Position numbers and translations under genes: made by a program. A stretch of 64,000 bases of DNA from Gammaproteobacteria bacterium (lineage in GTDB: Bacteria > Pseudomonadota > Gammaproteobacteria > Eutrophobiales > Eutrophobiaceae), in assembly GCA_965215365.1 (NCBI GenBank), contig CBDCDS010000003.1, forward strand, positions 1,120,001 through 1,184,000, given 5' to 3'. This document shows, one piece after another, positions 30,077 through 40,262 of this stretch. The notes beneath the pieces are model-generated. The model did not search any database. It was given only the letters and a program-made list of their open reading frames with translations, and had not been told where the DNA came from. Each line of letters starts with the position of its first letter. The first letter of the stretch is position 1.

Positions 30077-31969
30077 TTGCAGGACCTGATGCTCAGTAAA
30101 CCGAAAATAAATTCTTCAGCCCTACACTCGTATATTCGTACCGGCGTATTTGTCCACGACCTCCTCATGATCCCCGCGGCCTGGTATCTGGCTTACTGGC
30201 TGCGCTTCAACTTAGGCACGATACCGGAGAATTCTTTATATGTGGCCACCGTAATGTTGCCGGTAGTGATCGTCTGCCAGACCGGCAGTTATGTGGCGTT
30301 CGGTTTGTATCGCGGCATCTGGCGTTTTGCCTCCATGTACGATTTTATGCGCATCGGTAAATCGGTTTACGTCGGCGCTTTGCTGGCGACTGTGGTGATC
30401 TTTGCCTTCACCCGCATGCAGCATGTGCCGCGGTCGGTGATACCCTTGTACATCATCCTGTTGTTTATCTTTCTGGGTGGGAACCGGGCCTGGTACCGCG
30501 CCTTCAAGGATCAACGCCTGCGCGCCAGCGACGGCAAGCGGGTGTTAATCATCGGCGCCGGCGAGTCGGCCCAGATGCTGGTGCGGGACATGCTGCAACA
30601 TGCCCGGAGGGAATACCTGCCCGTGGGCATGATCGATGACAACCCTGAGAAAATCAACCGGGAAATTCATGGGATACAGGTACTGGGCCGGTTTGATGAT
30701 ATTCCCGAGGTAGTCATGCGTCATGCCATAGACCTGATTGTCATCGCCATCCCCTCATTGAGTTCCGCCCGCATGCAACATCTTGTGAGTCTCTGCGAGG
30801 ACACCGGCACAGACTTCAAAACCCTGCCCAGGCTGGGCGACCTGATTTCCGGCCAGGTGACCGTGAATGCCATCCAGGAAGTTTCCATCGAAGATTTGCT
30901 GGGGCGGGAGAAGGTTGAGCTGGATCGGCCCGGTATGCGGGACGGATTGACCGGCAAAGTAATCATGGTAACCGGTGGCGGGGGGTCCATAGGTACGGAA
31001 CTGTGCCGCCAGATCGCCGGATTTGCACCGGAGGCTTTGATTATCTATGAGCGTAGCGAGTTCAACCTGTACCGGATCCAGAATGAAATCGAGCGCCGTT
31101 ATCCGCAACTCAATCTGGTTACGATATTAGGTGACGTATGCGAACAACGACTGGTTGAAAATGTCCTGCAACGCTATCAGCCCGACATGGTGCTGCACGC
31201 CGCCGCATACAAGCAGGTGCCGCTGTTGCAGGCGCACCCGGCCCAGGCCGTCAGGAACAACGTCATCGGCACCCGCATTTGCGCTGACGCGGCAGGTCGT
31301 AGTGGCTGCGACAAGTTCGTGTTCATTTCCACCGACAAGGCCGTTAACCCGACCAACATCCTCGGCGCCACCAAGCGCGCCGGCGAGATCTACTGCGAGG
31401 GCATGAATACGGTCTGTTCAACGCGCTTCATCACCGTCAGGTTCGGTAACGTGCTGGGCTCCGATGGTAGCGTGGTGCCGCTGTTCAGGGAACAAATCCG
31501 TGCCGGCGGGCCGCTGACGGTAACCCATCCCGACATGACCCGCTACTTCATGACCATCAGGGAGGCCTGTCAGTTGATCCTGCAAGCCAGCGTGGTGGAA
31601 CAGGAAGGGGGGATTTACGTGCTGGACATGGGCGAGCCGGTCAGCATCGACTATCTGGCAGAGCAAATGATCCGTCTGTCCGGCAAGGAGCCCGGAAAAG
31701 ATATTGCAATTCAATATACAGGCCTGCGAGCCGGCGAGAAATTGTATGAGGAACTGTTCTACAATGACGAAGCCAAGGAAACAACAATAAATGACAAGGT
31801 ATTCCGGGCAAGACATGCCAACGCCGACTGGCCCCGGATAAGGCAGGCCCTGGCGCGGTTGGAACAATCCCTGGACAAGTTGGGAGACGACGATATCAAG
31901 CGTGCATTGGCCGCGATTGTGCCGCAATACAAGGATGCGGATACGCCGGAAATCGTCAAGGTTGCCTGA
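30077..31969 (+). CDS. WbpM/CapD/PglF-type nucleotide-sugar 4,6-dehydratase
   Basis: N-terminal TM helices, IEDLLGRE, TGGGGSIG, ISTDKAVNP, VRFGNVLGS, TGLRAGEKLYEEL; start uncertain. Confidence 0.92.
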   Translation: MQDLMLSKPKINSSALHSYIRTGVFVHDLLMIPAAWYLAYWLRFNLGTIPENSLYVATVMLPVVIVCQTGSYVAFGLYRGIWRFASMYDFMRIGKSVYVGALLATVVIFAFTRMQHVPRSVIPLYIILLFIFLGGNRAWYRAFKDQRLRASDGKRVLIIGAGESAQMLVRDMLQHARREYLPVGMIDDNPEKINREIHGIQVLGRFDDIPEVVMRHAIDLIVIAIPSLSSARMQHLVSLCEDTGTDFKTLPRLGDLISGQVTVNAIQEVSIEDLLGREKVELDRPGMRDGLTGKVIMVTGGGGSIGTELCRQIAGFAPEALIIYERSEFNLYRIQNEIERRYPQLNLVTILGDVCEQRLVENVLQRYQPDMVLHAAAYKQVPLLQAHPAQAVRNNVIGTRICADAAGRSGCDKFVFISTDKAVNPTNILGATKRAGEIYCEGMNTVCSTRFITVRFGNVLGSDGSVVPLFREQIRAGGPLTVTHPDMTRYFMTIREACQLILQASVVEQEGGIYVLDMGEPVSIDYLAEQMIRLSGKEPGKDIAIQYTGLRAGEKLYEELFYNDEAKETTINDKVFRARHANADWPRIRQALARLEQSLDKLGDDDIKRALAAIVPQYKDADTPEIVKVA

Positions 31970-32008
31970 TGATTTTGCCAGCGAGGGCATAGCAGACCAG
32001 TGGCCAGC

Positions 32009-32875
32009 ATGATCAATAAAGCCGTCTTCCCTATAGCAGGTCTGGGCACACGCACTCTGCCGGCGACCAAAGCGCTGGCCAAGGAGATGTTACCCCTGGT
32101 AGATCGCCCGATCATCCAGCATGCCGTGGAAGAAGCGCTCAGTGTCGGCGTCAGGGAACTGATTTTTGTTACCGCAAGGAACAAGCAGATTATCCGTGAC
32201 CACTTCCAAGCCGACCCCCAGCTGGAGCGGGAATTAGCGCGGCGGGGCCAGCAGGAGTTGCTGGAGTTGGTGCAGAACATACTTCCCCGGGACGCCGTTT
32301 GCCACTATGTGATCCAGCGTCGCCCCTTGGGTCTGGGGCACGCGGTGCTATGTGCAAGATCCAAGGTTGGCAGCGAACCGTTTGCGGTAATACTGCCCGA
32401 TGATCTGGTCTGTCACCCCGACACGACCTGCCTGCAACAACTGATGACACTCTACCAGGAGCGCAATGCCAGCGTAGTGGCGGTGGAAAATGTCGCCCGC
32501 GAGCAGGTGTCCCGTTACGGCATCGTCGAGACCGCCCCGGCGCCGGGCGGCGCGTTGAAGATGAAGTCCGTTGTGGAAAAACCCGCCCCTGACGCAGCGC
32601 CCTCAACACTGGCAGTGGTCGGGCGTTATATCTTCACCCCGGCGCTCATGCCGTTGTTAAAAACCACACGCAGGGGCGCCGGCGACGAAATCCAGCTGAC
32701 CGACGCCATCGCCGCGCTACTGAGCCAGGAAGATGTCTATCTGTTCGAATTTCAGGGCCGGCGCTACGATTGCGGTTCACTCGTGGGGTACATGCAAGCC
32801 AACGTTGACTACGCACTGAAACATGAGACCATCGGCGCAGAGTTTCGCTCGTATATCACCGGTCTGTTGAAGTAG
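32009..32875 (+). CDS. galU: UTP--glucose-1-phosphate uridylyltransferase
   Basis: KAVFPIAGLGTRTLPATK, KEMLP, GLGHAVLCA, EIQLTDAI. Confidence 0.92.
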   Translation: MINKAVFPIAGLGTRTLPATKALAKEMLPLVDRPIIQHAVEEALSVGVRELIFVTARNKQIIRDHFQADPQLERELARRGQQELLELVQNILPRDAVCHYVIQRRPLGLGHAVLCARSKVGSEPFAVILPDDLVCHPDTTCLQQLMTLYQERNASVVAVENVAREQVSRYGIVETAPAPGGALKMKSVVEKPAPDAAPSTLAVVGRYIFTPALMPLLKTTRRGAGDEIQLTDAIAALLSQEDVYLFEFQGRRYDCGSLVGYMQANVDYALKHETIGAEFRSYITGLLK

Positions 32876-32920
32876 GGACAAAATCTGCCGGTTATTTCAT
32901 CGACAAATCCGGGACAGAGT

Positions 32921-32996
32921 TGGCTCCCCGGGACGGGCTCGAACCGCCGACCTAGTGATTAACAGTCACCCGCTCTACCGACTGAGCTACCGGGGA
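32921..32996 (-). tRNA. tRNA-Asn(GTT)
   Basis: Reverse complement TCCCCGG...CCGGGGAGCCA; anticodon loop CTGTTAA. Confidence 0.97.
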
Positions 32997-33012
32997 ATAG
33001 TTGCAGATAATT

Positions 33013-33220
33013 TCACGCCAGGGCGTTCCAGAGCAGGCCCATGGTCAACGCCATGTTTACGCCTACCATCCACTTAAGCACACGAATCTCAGCCTTGATT
33101 TCAGCTATATCGGCTTTCGTAGCAACCTGGTCCTGGCCTGATACAGACATCGCTGCCTTACCGTGCTTTTGCCTCCGGGGCATTGGCGCTGATAAGTGCA
33201 TCGTATAACTCCGTATTCAT
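33013..33220 (-). pseudogene. Frameshifted small coiled-coil/TM protein (DUF1640/CCDC90-like)
   Basis: MNTELYDALISANAPEAKAR then KAAMSVSGQDQVATKADIAEIKAEIRVLKWMVGVNMALTMGLLWNALA; one extra base at ~33160. Confidence 0.7.
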
Positions 33221-33302
33221 CGTGCTTTTCTTCTGAGTTTCCGTAGGTTATGTACTCCTGATTGGCACCGCTCCAATCAGGCTTGGCATTATACACACAA
33301 AA

Positions 33303-34487
33303 TCAACCCAGCGCATCCCCTAATCGATTTATGGCAGCCTCCAGGTTTTCCATACTGGTGGCATACGACAGCCGCATGTGGCCTTTCGCGCCGAAGGCCG
33401 AGCCTGGCACCAGAGCCACCTCGGCCCGCTCCAGCAGGAACTCGCCCAATTGTACGTCATTGCTGACACCGCCCAGTCTGTTGATCACGCCTTGCATATT
33501 CGGGAAGCTGTAGAAGGTGCCGTCTGACGGGGTACATTCCACGCCTTCGATCGCGTTCAGGCCGGCATGGACGAAGTCATGGCGCTGTTTGAAAACTGCC
33601 GTACTCTCGCTGATATAGGTCTGGTCGCCGTTCAGCGCCGCGAGGGTTGCGTACTGCGAGATCGAAGATGGATTGGACGTGCTTTGCGACTGAATTTTTT
33701 GTGCCGCTTGCACCAGCGCCCGCGGCCCGCCCAGGAACCCGATACGCCACCCGGTCATGGAATAGGCCTTGGACACGCCATTGACTACAACCGCCCTGTT
33801 GGCCAGTTCCGGACAGACATTAAGGATATTGCTGAAACTGTCCTGTCCCCAAAGGATGTGCTCGTAGATATCGTCCGTGAGTATGACGATGTCAGGATGC
33901 TTCCTCAGCACTGCGGCAAGCGCTTTCAGTTCTGTTTCGGAATAACTGACCCCGGTCGGGTTTGACGGGCTGTTCAGTACCAGCAGGCGCGAGTTGTCAG
34001 TGATGGCGCCTTCCAGTTGCTGGTCGGTGATCTTGAAACGCTGTTCAATGCCGGCCGGCACCACTACCGGTTCGGCGCCGGCCAGTTTCGCCATGTCCGG
34101 GTAGGAAACCCAGTAAGGCGCCGGGATGATGACCTCATCGCCCGGATTGAGCAGGGCCTGCATCAGGTTGTAGATACTGTGTTTGGCGCCGCAGGAAACG
34201 AGGATTTGGTCCGGGTGGTAGTTGAGGTTGTTTTCCCGCCGGAACTTGTCCGCGACCGCCTGTTTCAGTTCAGGCATGCCACCGGCTGCGGTATATTTGG
34301 TCTTGCCGTCCCGGACAGCTTTGATCGCAGCCTCTTTGATATGCTCCGGCGTATCGAAATCAGGCTCCCCGGCGCTGAGCGCGATAATATCCCGCCCCGC
34401 CGCTTGCAACTCCGCGGCCTTGGCGGTCACCGCAAGAGTGGGAGACGGTTTAATGCTTGCGGCGCGGTGCGCGATGTCGATGCTCAA
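33303..34487 (-). CDS. Class I/II PLP-dependent (aspartate) aminotransferase
   Basis: GEPDFDTP, PAPYWVSY, NSPSNPTG, DDIY, SKAYSMTGWRIG. Confidence 0.93.
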   Translation of the reverse strand: MSIDIAHRAASIKPSPTLAVTAKAAELQAAGRDIIALSAGEPDFDTPEHIKEAAIKAVRDGKTKYTAAGGMPELKQAVADKFRRENNLNYHPDQILVSCGAKHSIYNLMQALLNPGDEVIIPAPYWVSYPDMAKLAGAEPVVVPAGIEQRFKITDQQLEGAITDNSRLLVLNSPSNPTGVSYSETELKALAAVLRKHPDIVILTDDIYEHILWGQDSFSNILNVCPELANRAVVVNGVSKAYSMTGWRIGFLGGPRALVQAAQKIQSQSTSNPSSISQYATLAALNGDQTYISESTAVFKQRHDFVHAGLNAIEGVECTPSDGTFYSFPNMQGVINRLGGVSNDVQLGEFLLERAEVALVPGSAFGAKGHMRLSYATSMENLEAAINRLGDALG

Positions 34488-34532
34488 GATGGTTTCCTCT
34501 GTTCTGGTGGTGCCAGCTGGCCCTCTATTGTA

Positions 34533-35870
34533 CTACGACAACCGGTAACTTCGGCGCAGTATCAGGACTGCAAAAGGGATTGCCACCAAACCCCACACCA
34601 GAAAATATGACATATTGGCCCAGGCTGCGCCAACGGCTCCATATTCAGGCAACAGCAACAGCAAGACGCTGACCTGTGTCACCAGGGCGGCCAGGTGCCA
34701 GATCAGCGATGGCACAGCATGTCCTGTCGCTGCCGGCAGTATATAGAGCGCGGTGATACTTGTAAAAACCAGCGCGCCTGGGATCATGATTATTAACAAC
34801 CGGCCTGTATCAACAAACTCTTCCCCAAGCATGACGCTGATGATGGGCTGGTGAAACAGCAGTAGTAACAGGTAACCTGAGACAGCAAGCCCCAGTGCCA
34901 GGAAAGTAAAGCGGCGCGCAGTGGTACGCAGAGCGACGCCTTCACGGGCATACCAGCGCCTGCTGTATTCAGCTTGAAGCACCGGCGCTATCGGCTGGAA
35001 AGGCATCCTGGTGATAGCCAGAATTCGGGATGCAGCACGATACAAACCAACTTGTGACGGACTGGTCAAAGCGCCGAGCAACAGCATGTCTACATTGCCG
35101 CCCAATGTTCCGATTTTTGCCTGACAGAAGGAAATGGCCTGATAGCGCATAGTATCTTTTGGAATTTTAACTGACCACGACGTGAAGAGCTTGTCAATAC
35201 CCAGTGTGCGCGTGGCTATAATGGCCACAAGCAACATGCCGAAACCGTTTATGCAGGCGCCGGCAACCAACGCAAGGACCACCATCCCCAGGCTGCCATC
35301 AAGGGCCAGCGTAATTAACAGTCCGGCAAATTGTATGAGAATGGCCGTGCAGATAACGACAAACCCCCAGGACAGCCGACTGGCCAACCTGAGTACAGCC
35401 ATGGATTCACGATGTGCAGCCATACAAATACCGCTGAGTCCATATATCAGCATCGTATTCACATGGCTGTTATCAATGCCGAGCACACGGCTGACGGGAT
35501 GGGAGAAAACTGTCAACAAGCTGTACGTGAGCAGGGCCAGGATAAAACATGCCATGAAAATAAATCGCAGGATACGGGCAGCTTCCTCCCATTCTTCATT
35601 GACCATACTCCGGGTAACGTAGGTGGTAATCGCTTCATGACCCGGCATGGACATCAGGCCGTAAGACAGTGACGTGACAGCAATGAAGAGGGCCAGAATG
35701 CCGAATCCTTCCAGCCCCAGAATTCTGGTAACAAGTAATAGTTGCACAATGCTGCCCAAGAACTGGATTGCCAGTATCGCCGCCATCCACAGCATTTGCC
35801 CGGCTGTCCCCTGCTCTGACTGCGGGATGACTCGCTCCGGAAGAGTTCTTATTAAGGTCAGGTAATCCAC
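34533..35870 (-). CDS. Wzx-like oligosaccharide flippase
   Basis: Polytopic; TRILGLEGFG, DMLLLG...VGLYRAA, YGAVGAAWA. Confidence 0.82.
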   Translation of the reverse strand: MDYLTLIRTLPERVIPQSEQGTAGQMLWMAAILAIQFLGSIVQLLLVTRILGLEGFGILALFIAVTSLSYGLMSMPGHEAITTYVTRSMVNEEWEEAARILRFIFMACFILALLTYSLLTVFSHPVSRVLGIDNSHVNTMLIYGLSGICMAAHRESMAVLRLASRLSWGFVVICTAILIQFAGLLITLALDGSLGMVVLALVAGACINGFGMLLVAIIATRTLGIDKLFTSWSVKIPKDTMRYQAISFCQAKIGTLGGNVDMLLLGALTSPSQVGLYRAASRILAITRMPFQPIAPVLQAEYSRRWYAREGVALRTTARRFTFLALGLAVSGYLLLLLFHQPIISVMLGEEFVDTGRLLIIMIPGALVFTSITALYILPAATGHAVPSLIWHLAALVTQVSVLLLLLPEYGAVGAAWANMSYFLVWGLVAIPFAVLILRRSYRLS

Positions 35871-36988
35871 GACACTATGCTGCGGGCACGATCTATGCTG
35901 GTATATTCCTGTGCGGCTGTTAGCGCTGCCTTGGACATCTGCAAACGCAGGTCGTGGTTATCCACCAGTTTGAAAATAGCCTCGGAAAGCATACGCTGGC
36001 CCCATGGGTCTACCAGTATCGCGTATCTGGAGTCCACAACCTCGCTGTTTCCGGGAATGTCCGTGGCGATAATGGGTAATCCGCACGCTCTGGCTTCAGC
36101 CAGCGCGTTCGATGACATCTCAATCAAGCTGGTATGCACAAACACATCAGCAGCGCTGAGCCAGATAGGGACTTCATCGTAAGGAACACTGCCGGCAAAA
36201 AGCACTTGCTCGCCTCGTGGTTTCTGCACACCAGGTCTGCCCAGGAAAAAGACACCGATATCAGGTCTTCCCTTGACGGCATCCAGCACGAATAAGGGGC
36301 GTTTGTTAGCATCAAACGCCCCGACAAAGCCTATAATGGGTCGGTCCGGTGGAAGATTGAGTCGTTGCCTTGCTTCACTTTTTTCGAGAGGGTTGAATTC
36401 AAACGAATGGGCGTTCCGGGCCGTGAGGATTTTATGTTCCGGTATAGCGTAGTTGTTAATACACCGATTTTTGAGGTGGTCGGCAACGGAGACTATGAAA
36501 TCCATGGCATTCAAGGTTCGTTGTATTTTATCGACCCCAAGTTGTCGCTCATAACGATCGAAAAAACTCTCACCCAGGTCCACCACCGATTTACTACCCG
36601 TCTCCTTGGCAAGTTGTACCGCAACGTAACCCGGCGGGAACAAAAATTGTCCGTAGATATGTGATGGCGATGTTGGTAATTTTAATATTGCCTTACGCGC
36701 GGCCGCGTGGAAATTTCGAATGGTGAGCAGAAAAGTTGAACCGACCCCAGGTATCATTTTGCTGGAACAGGATAAATACGGTGGGCGCATCACCACCGGC
36801 TCATTCCCCTCGGCTTGCACACTATAATGGCCTGTATCCTTCCATCGCCAGATCCTCACCGGAGCAATAACCGTTGTTTTTATACTTAGTTTAATCAGGT
36901 CTCTGGCCAGTTTTTGCACAAATGAACTCGCCCACGGCTCACGGGAAGATGGGTAGCTGCTGGTAATAATAACTATATGAAGGGGCAA
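35858..36988 (-). CDS. Glycosyltransferase family 4
   Basis: GFVGAF, ADVFVHTSLIEMSSNALAEARACGLPII. Confidence 0.85.
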   Translation of the reverse strand: MPLHIVIITSSYPSSREPWASSFVQKLARDLIKLSIKTTVIAPVRIWRWKDTGHYSVQAEGNEPVVMRPPYLSCSSKMIPGVGSTFLLTIRNFHAAARKAILKLPTSPSHIYGQFLFPPGYVAVQLAKETGSKSVVDLGESFFDRYERQLGVDKIQRTLNAMDFIVSVADHLKNRCINNYAIPEHKILTARNAHSFEFNPLEKSEARQRLNLPPDRPIIGFVGAFDANKRPLFVLDAVKGRPDIGVFFLGRPGVQKPRGEQVLFAGSVPYDEVPIWLSAADVFVHTSLIEMSSNALAEARACGLPIIATDIPGNSEVVDSRYAILVDPWGQRMLSEAIFKLVDNHDLRLQMSKAALTAAQEYTSIDRARSIVSWIT

Positions 36989-37134
36989 TATTTACTCCTG
37001 ATCGACTGTGAATTACGCTCTTGTGCAAAGCAGCGCGAATAACGCTGCCGCTTGACAGCGTTATTCGATATGAATACCCTATTGTATCATCGTTGAAATT
37101 GTCGTAAGTGTTCTTTGCAATCGCTATTTTCCGG

Positions 37135-37371
37135 ATGCGACAGAATACAATCACCGTTATCTGTATATTATTACTGTCATACCTGCCGGCCGGCAAGGTT
37201 CACGCTTACTTGGACCCTGGCTCCGTGAGTCTGGCCTTGCAAGCCATTGCCGCGGCTGTAGCAGGCGCCATGCTCATGGGAAAATACTGGTTCTGGCAGG
37301 TTCTCGGTTGGTTCGGCATAAAGCGGAAAAACGATTCAGAGCAAAGCCCGTCAAACCCGGTTGATGAATAG
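37135..37371 (+). CDS. Small membrane protein with YLDPG motif
   Basis: Signal-like segment ending VHA, then YLDPGSVSLALQAIAA and a TM helix. Confidence 0.7.
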   Translation: MRQNTITVICILLLSYLPAGKVHAYLDPGSVSLALQAIAAAVAGAMLMGKYWFWQVLGWFGIKRKNDSEQSPSNPVDE

Positions 37372-38758
37372 AGCGCCGGGTTCCTTCAGAGACCCCGAAG
37401 CGCATGTTTATGCTACTTCGGACAGAGTTTTTCGTGGCATTTCCAGGGATAGGACCGATTGGTTCCGCAGCTTTTTACAATCATCATTTTTCAGGGAACG
37501 TGCCGGGATACATATTGTCAATACGCGAGAGATTTCTCCTGATGATGTGCTTGCAGCGGGTATTTCCATGGAAACCGTCTGGGCATACGGAATGTGGGTT
37601 GAACATGAGCCGTTGCCTTTCATATCGTACCCCTATGAGTGGTCTTTCGAGGCATTGAAGGCGGCTGCCCGTTTGACGCTGAGGTTGTTGATTGATGCTC
37701 TTGATAACGGTTACACCTTACAAGACGGGTCGGCATATAATGTACAGTTCATTCACTCCAATCCTGTATTCATGGATGTCCCTTCATTCTGCGAGTACCG
37801 GGAAGGCGAACCGTACCTCGGATACAAACAGTTTTGTGAGCATTTCCTAGCGCCGTTGTGTCTGACAGCATTTTCCGGTATTGATTTCAACCAATGGTTC
37901 CGGGGACGTCTGGACGGGCTTGATATAATGGAAGTATCTGCAGCGCTGCCCGTAAGCAGTTGTCTGCGTCCACAGGTGTTGATACACATCCATCTGCAGG
38001 CCTGGGCAATGTACAAAATGGAGGCAGCGGCGGATGACTCTCAGCGCCGTAAACCCAGGGTAGTGCCGCGCAAGAACCTACGTGCGCTTGCGCTCGGTTT
38101 GAGGAAATTTATTGGAGCGCTACAACGCAGACGCAGGTCATATTGGCAAAGATATGATGAACATAAGGTTTACGAAGATACCTCGCAAGCGGACAAGCTA
38201 CATATCGCCCGGGATTTCGTAAAAACTAACAAGTTACAGACGCTTGTAGACCTAGGCTGCAATACCGGAAAATATTGTGAGGCGGCGCTGAGAGCTGGTG
38301 TTAAGCAGATAATTGGCCTCGATCTTGATTGCGGCGCTGTTGATATTGCTTCCAGAGAGGCGCGGCACTGCGCTTGGCCTGCCCAATTCCTGCATTTTGA
38401 CATCGCCAATCCCACGCCTGACCAAGGTTGGGGACATGGGGAAAGAACAGCATTGGAAAAGCGTCTCGGACAGCGAGATGGATTGTTTTGCTTCGCTTTG
38501 ATCCATCACCTGGTCATAGGCAGAAATATTCCCATGCAAGAGTTGATTGACTGGGTTTGCGCCCTCGCACCGAGAGGTCTGATTGAGTTTGTCCCAAAAA
38601 CTGACCCCATGGTACAAGGCTTGCTAATTCATCGGGAGGATATATTTCGCGATTACACCCGGGATAATTTTGAAAGAAAGTTAGGTGATGCTTGTGTGCA
38701 GGTCAAAACGCACAAACTTCATGCCACGGACAGGGTAATTTATGAATATGCCAGATAA
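37361..38758 (+). CDS. NoeA-like SAM-dependent methyltransferase
   Basis: SFRDP, SYPYEWSF, DGSAYNVQF, DLGCNTG, ALIHHL, IEFVPKTDPMV. Confidence 0.8.
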   Translation: MMNRAPGSFRDPEAHVYATSDRVFRGISRDRTDWFRSFLQSSFFRERAGIHIVNTREISPDDVLAAGISMETVWAYGMWVEHEPLPFISYPYEWSFEALKAAARLTLRLLIDALDNGYTLQDGSAYNVQFIHSNPVFMDVPSFCEYREGEPYLGYKQFCEHFLAPLCLTAFSGIDFNQWFRGRLDGLDIMEVSAALPVSSCLRPQVLIHIHLQAWAMYKMEAAADDSQRRKPRVVPRKNLRALALGLRKFIGALQRRRRSYWQRYDEHKVYEDTSQADKLHIARDFVKTNKLQTLVDLGCNTGKYCEAALRAGVKQIIGLDLDCGAVDIASREARHCAWPAQFLHFDIANPTPDQGWGHGERTALEKRLGQRDGLFCFALIHHLVIGRNIPMQELIDWVCALAPRGLIEFVPKTDPMVQGLLIHREDIFRDYTRDNFERKLGDACVQVKTHKLHATDRVIYEYAR

Positions 38759-40262
38759 AATTCCGGCTCGGATAACCAAGGCAATCACTGAGCCGGTAGC
38801 TGCCGGCAAGAGCAAATTACTCCCGCTTATTTTTGTCCCGTTACAGCTTTATTTTGCTTGCAACATTCTCTCCTTCGGGTTCTGGAAGTCCAGTCGTTCC
38901 GAGTTTGAATACATGGTTTTATTTTTCGGGGCGTGGCTTGCCGGACTGAGCCTGTTGCTCATTCTGATTTTGAGAATGAACAATCATTTTGGCTTGGCGC
39001 GCTTTGGTCCTGTAATTTGTCTGGCCCTCAGCCTGCCGTTCTGTTTTGGTCTCTGGTTGCAGAGCTTGGGTGCCCATCCCTTGTTGTACTGGAATGCCAT
39101 CTGGGTCGTTCCCTTGTTGTTCGTTTATTTCCGTTTTGGTGTGGACTATCCCCTTCAGATTTCGACGCTCATGTTGGCACTTTGTGTGGTGTCATTTATG
39201 GGGCACTCAGGGTTTTTTGCTGAGGCTGAACCAGAGGAGCAACCGAATCTGACAGCTTCCGGGGTGGTAACGCTGGACAGAAAAATAAGTATTCATATCA
39301 TCATGTTGGATTCCCTGACACATTCGGACTATTCGAAATCCTTTCTCGGAGTGAGTAATCCGGCCGCCGATTATCTGGCTACGCGGGATGACGCGGTGTA
39401 TGCGGGCAACCGCGGATTTGTTGAGTATGTACCCACCCGTAACTCCTGGGCAGCCTTGTTTGAGCTGGAACGGGGGCGCGGGAACCACAGCGCCTTTTCC
39501 GGCCATGCTCCGAGTCTGTTGACAGATTTGCTGAATAGTAATGGCTATTATATCCAGACCGGGTACTCCGGCAGTTATCTTGGTGCGAGCCAAGGACAAT
39601 ACGTTAACAATTATGTCTTTGATGTGGCGGATTTGGAGCAATCACTGGTGTGTGCAGAGCAGGAGCCATTTTTTGGATTTTGTTCAGAACTGTCACGTTC
39701 GATTTACAACAACTGGTTCTGGAAGTTACTCAAGCGCTCGCAAAGACGGGCATGGCCTGAAGTCGTCATCAACATGATCGAGCAGGCAGAGCAAAACATA
39801 CCGGGGCCGGTATTTTCCGCTTTTTATATCTATGCCCCGGTCGGTCATACCGGCAGTGATTATGTAACTGGCGACCCGTATCTGTTTGCGAAGTATAAGG
39901 AGTTTTTCACCAGGCAGACTCGACGCGCACGCCAACTCGTGGAAGAGATAAATCATCTCAGGCGAAAATATCCGGATTCAATTTTTATTATTTCCGGTGA
40001 CCACGGCCCTTGGTTAAGCCGAACTGAAACAGAAGATAGGCGCTTTATCGTGCTGGATCGGCATGCTGTCGCATTGGCGCTACTGAATGCATCCAATTTG
40101 TGTGCCGGGTCAAAGGCTTGGTTGGAACAACAGAAATACCTGACACCGGCGCGGATGCTGGCTGCAGCGCTTGCCTGTGACGGCGAGAGCAGGGCGCTGA
40201 CGGACCATTTTAAGGACAATAAAGAATTTATACGTTACCTTCCCGCTTCCAAACCTCGATGA
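38742..40262 (+). CDS. Membrane-anchored sulfatase/alkaline-phosphatase superfamily protein
   Basis: About 5 N-terminal TM helices, IHIIMLDS, IISGDHG. Confidence 0.7.
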   Translation: MNMPDKIPARITKAITEPVAAGKSKLLPLIFVPLQLYFACNILSFGFWKSSRSEFEYMVLFFGAWLAGLSLLLILILRMNNHFGLARFGPVICLALSLPFCFGLWLQSLGAHPLLYWNAIWVVPLLFVYFRFGVDYPLQISTLMLALCVVSFMGHSGFFAEAEPEEQPNLTASGVVTLDRKISIHIIMLDSLTHSDYSKSFLGVSNPAADYLATRDDAVYAGNRGFVEYVPTRNSWAALFELERGRGNHSAFSGHAPSLLTDLLNSNGYYIQTGYSGSYLGASQGQYVNNYVFDVADLEQSLVCAEQEPFFGFCSELSRSIYNNWFWKLLKRSQRRAWPEVVINMIEQAEQNIPGPVFSAFYIYAPVGHTGSDYVTGDPYLFAKYKEFFTRQTRRARQLVEEINHLRRKYPDSIFIISGDHGPWLSRTETEDRRFIVLDRHAVALALLNASNLCAGSKAWLEQQKYLTPARMLAAALACDGESRALTDHFKDNKEFIRYLPASKPR

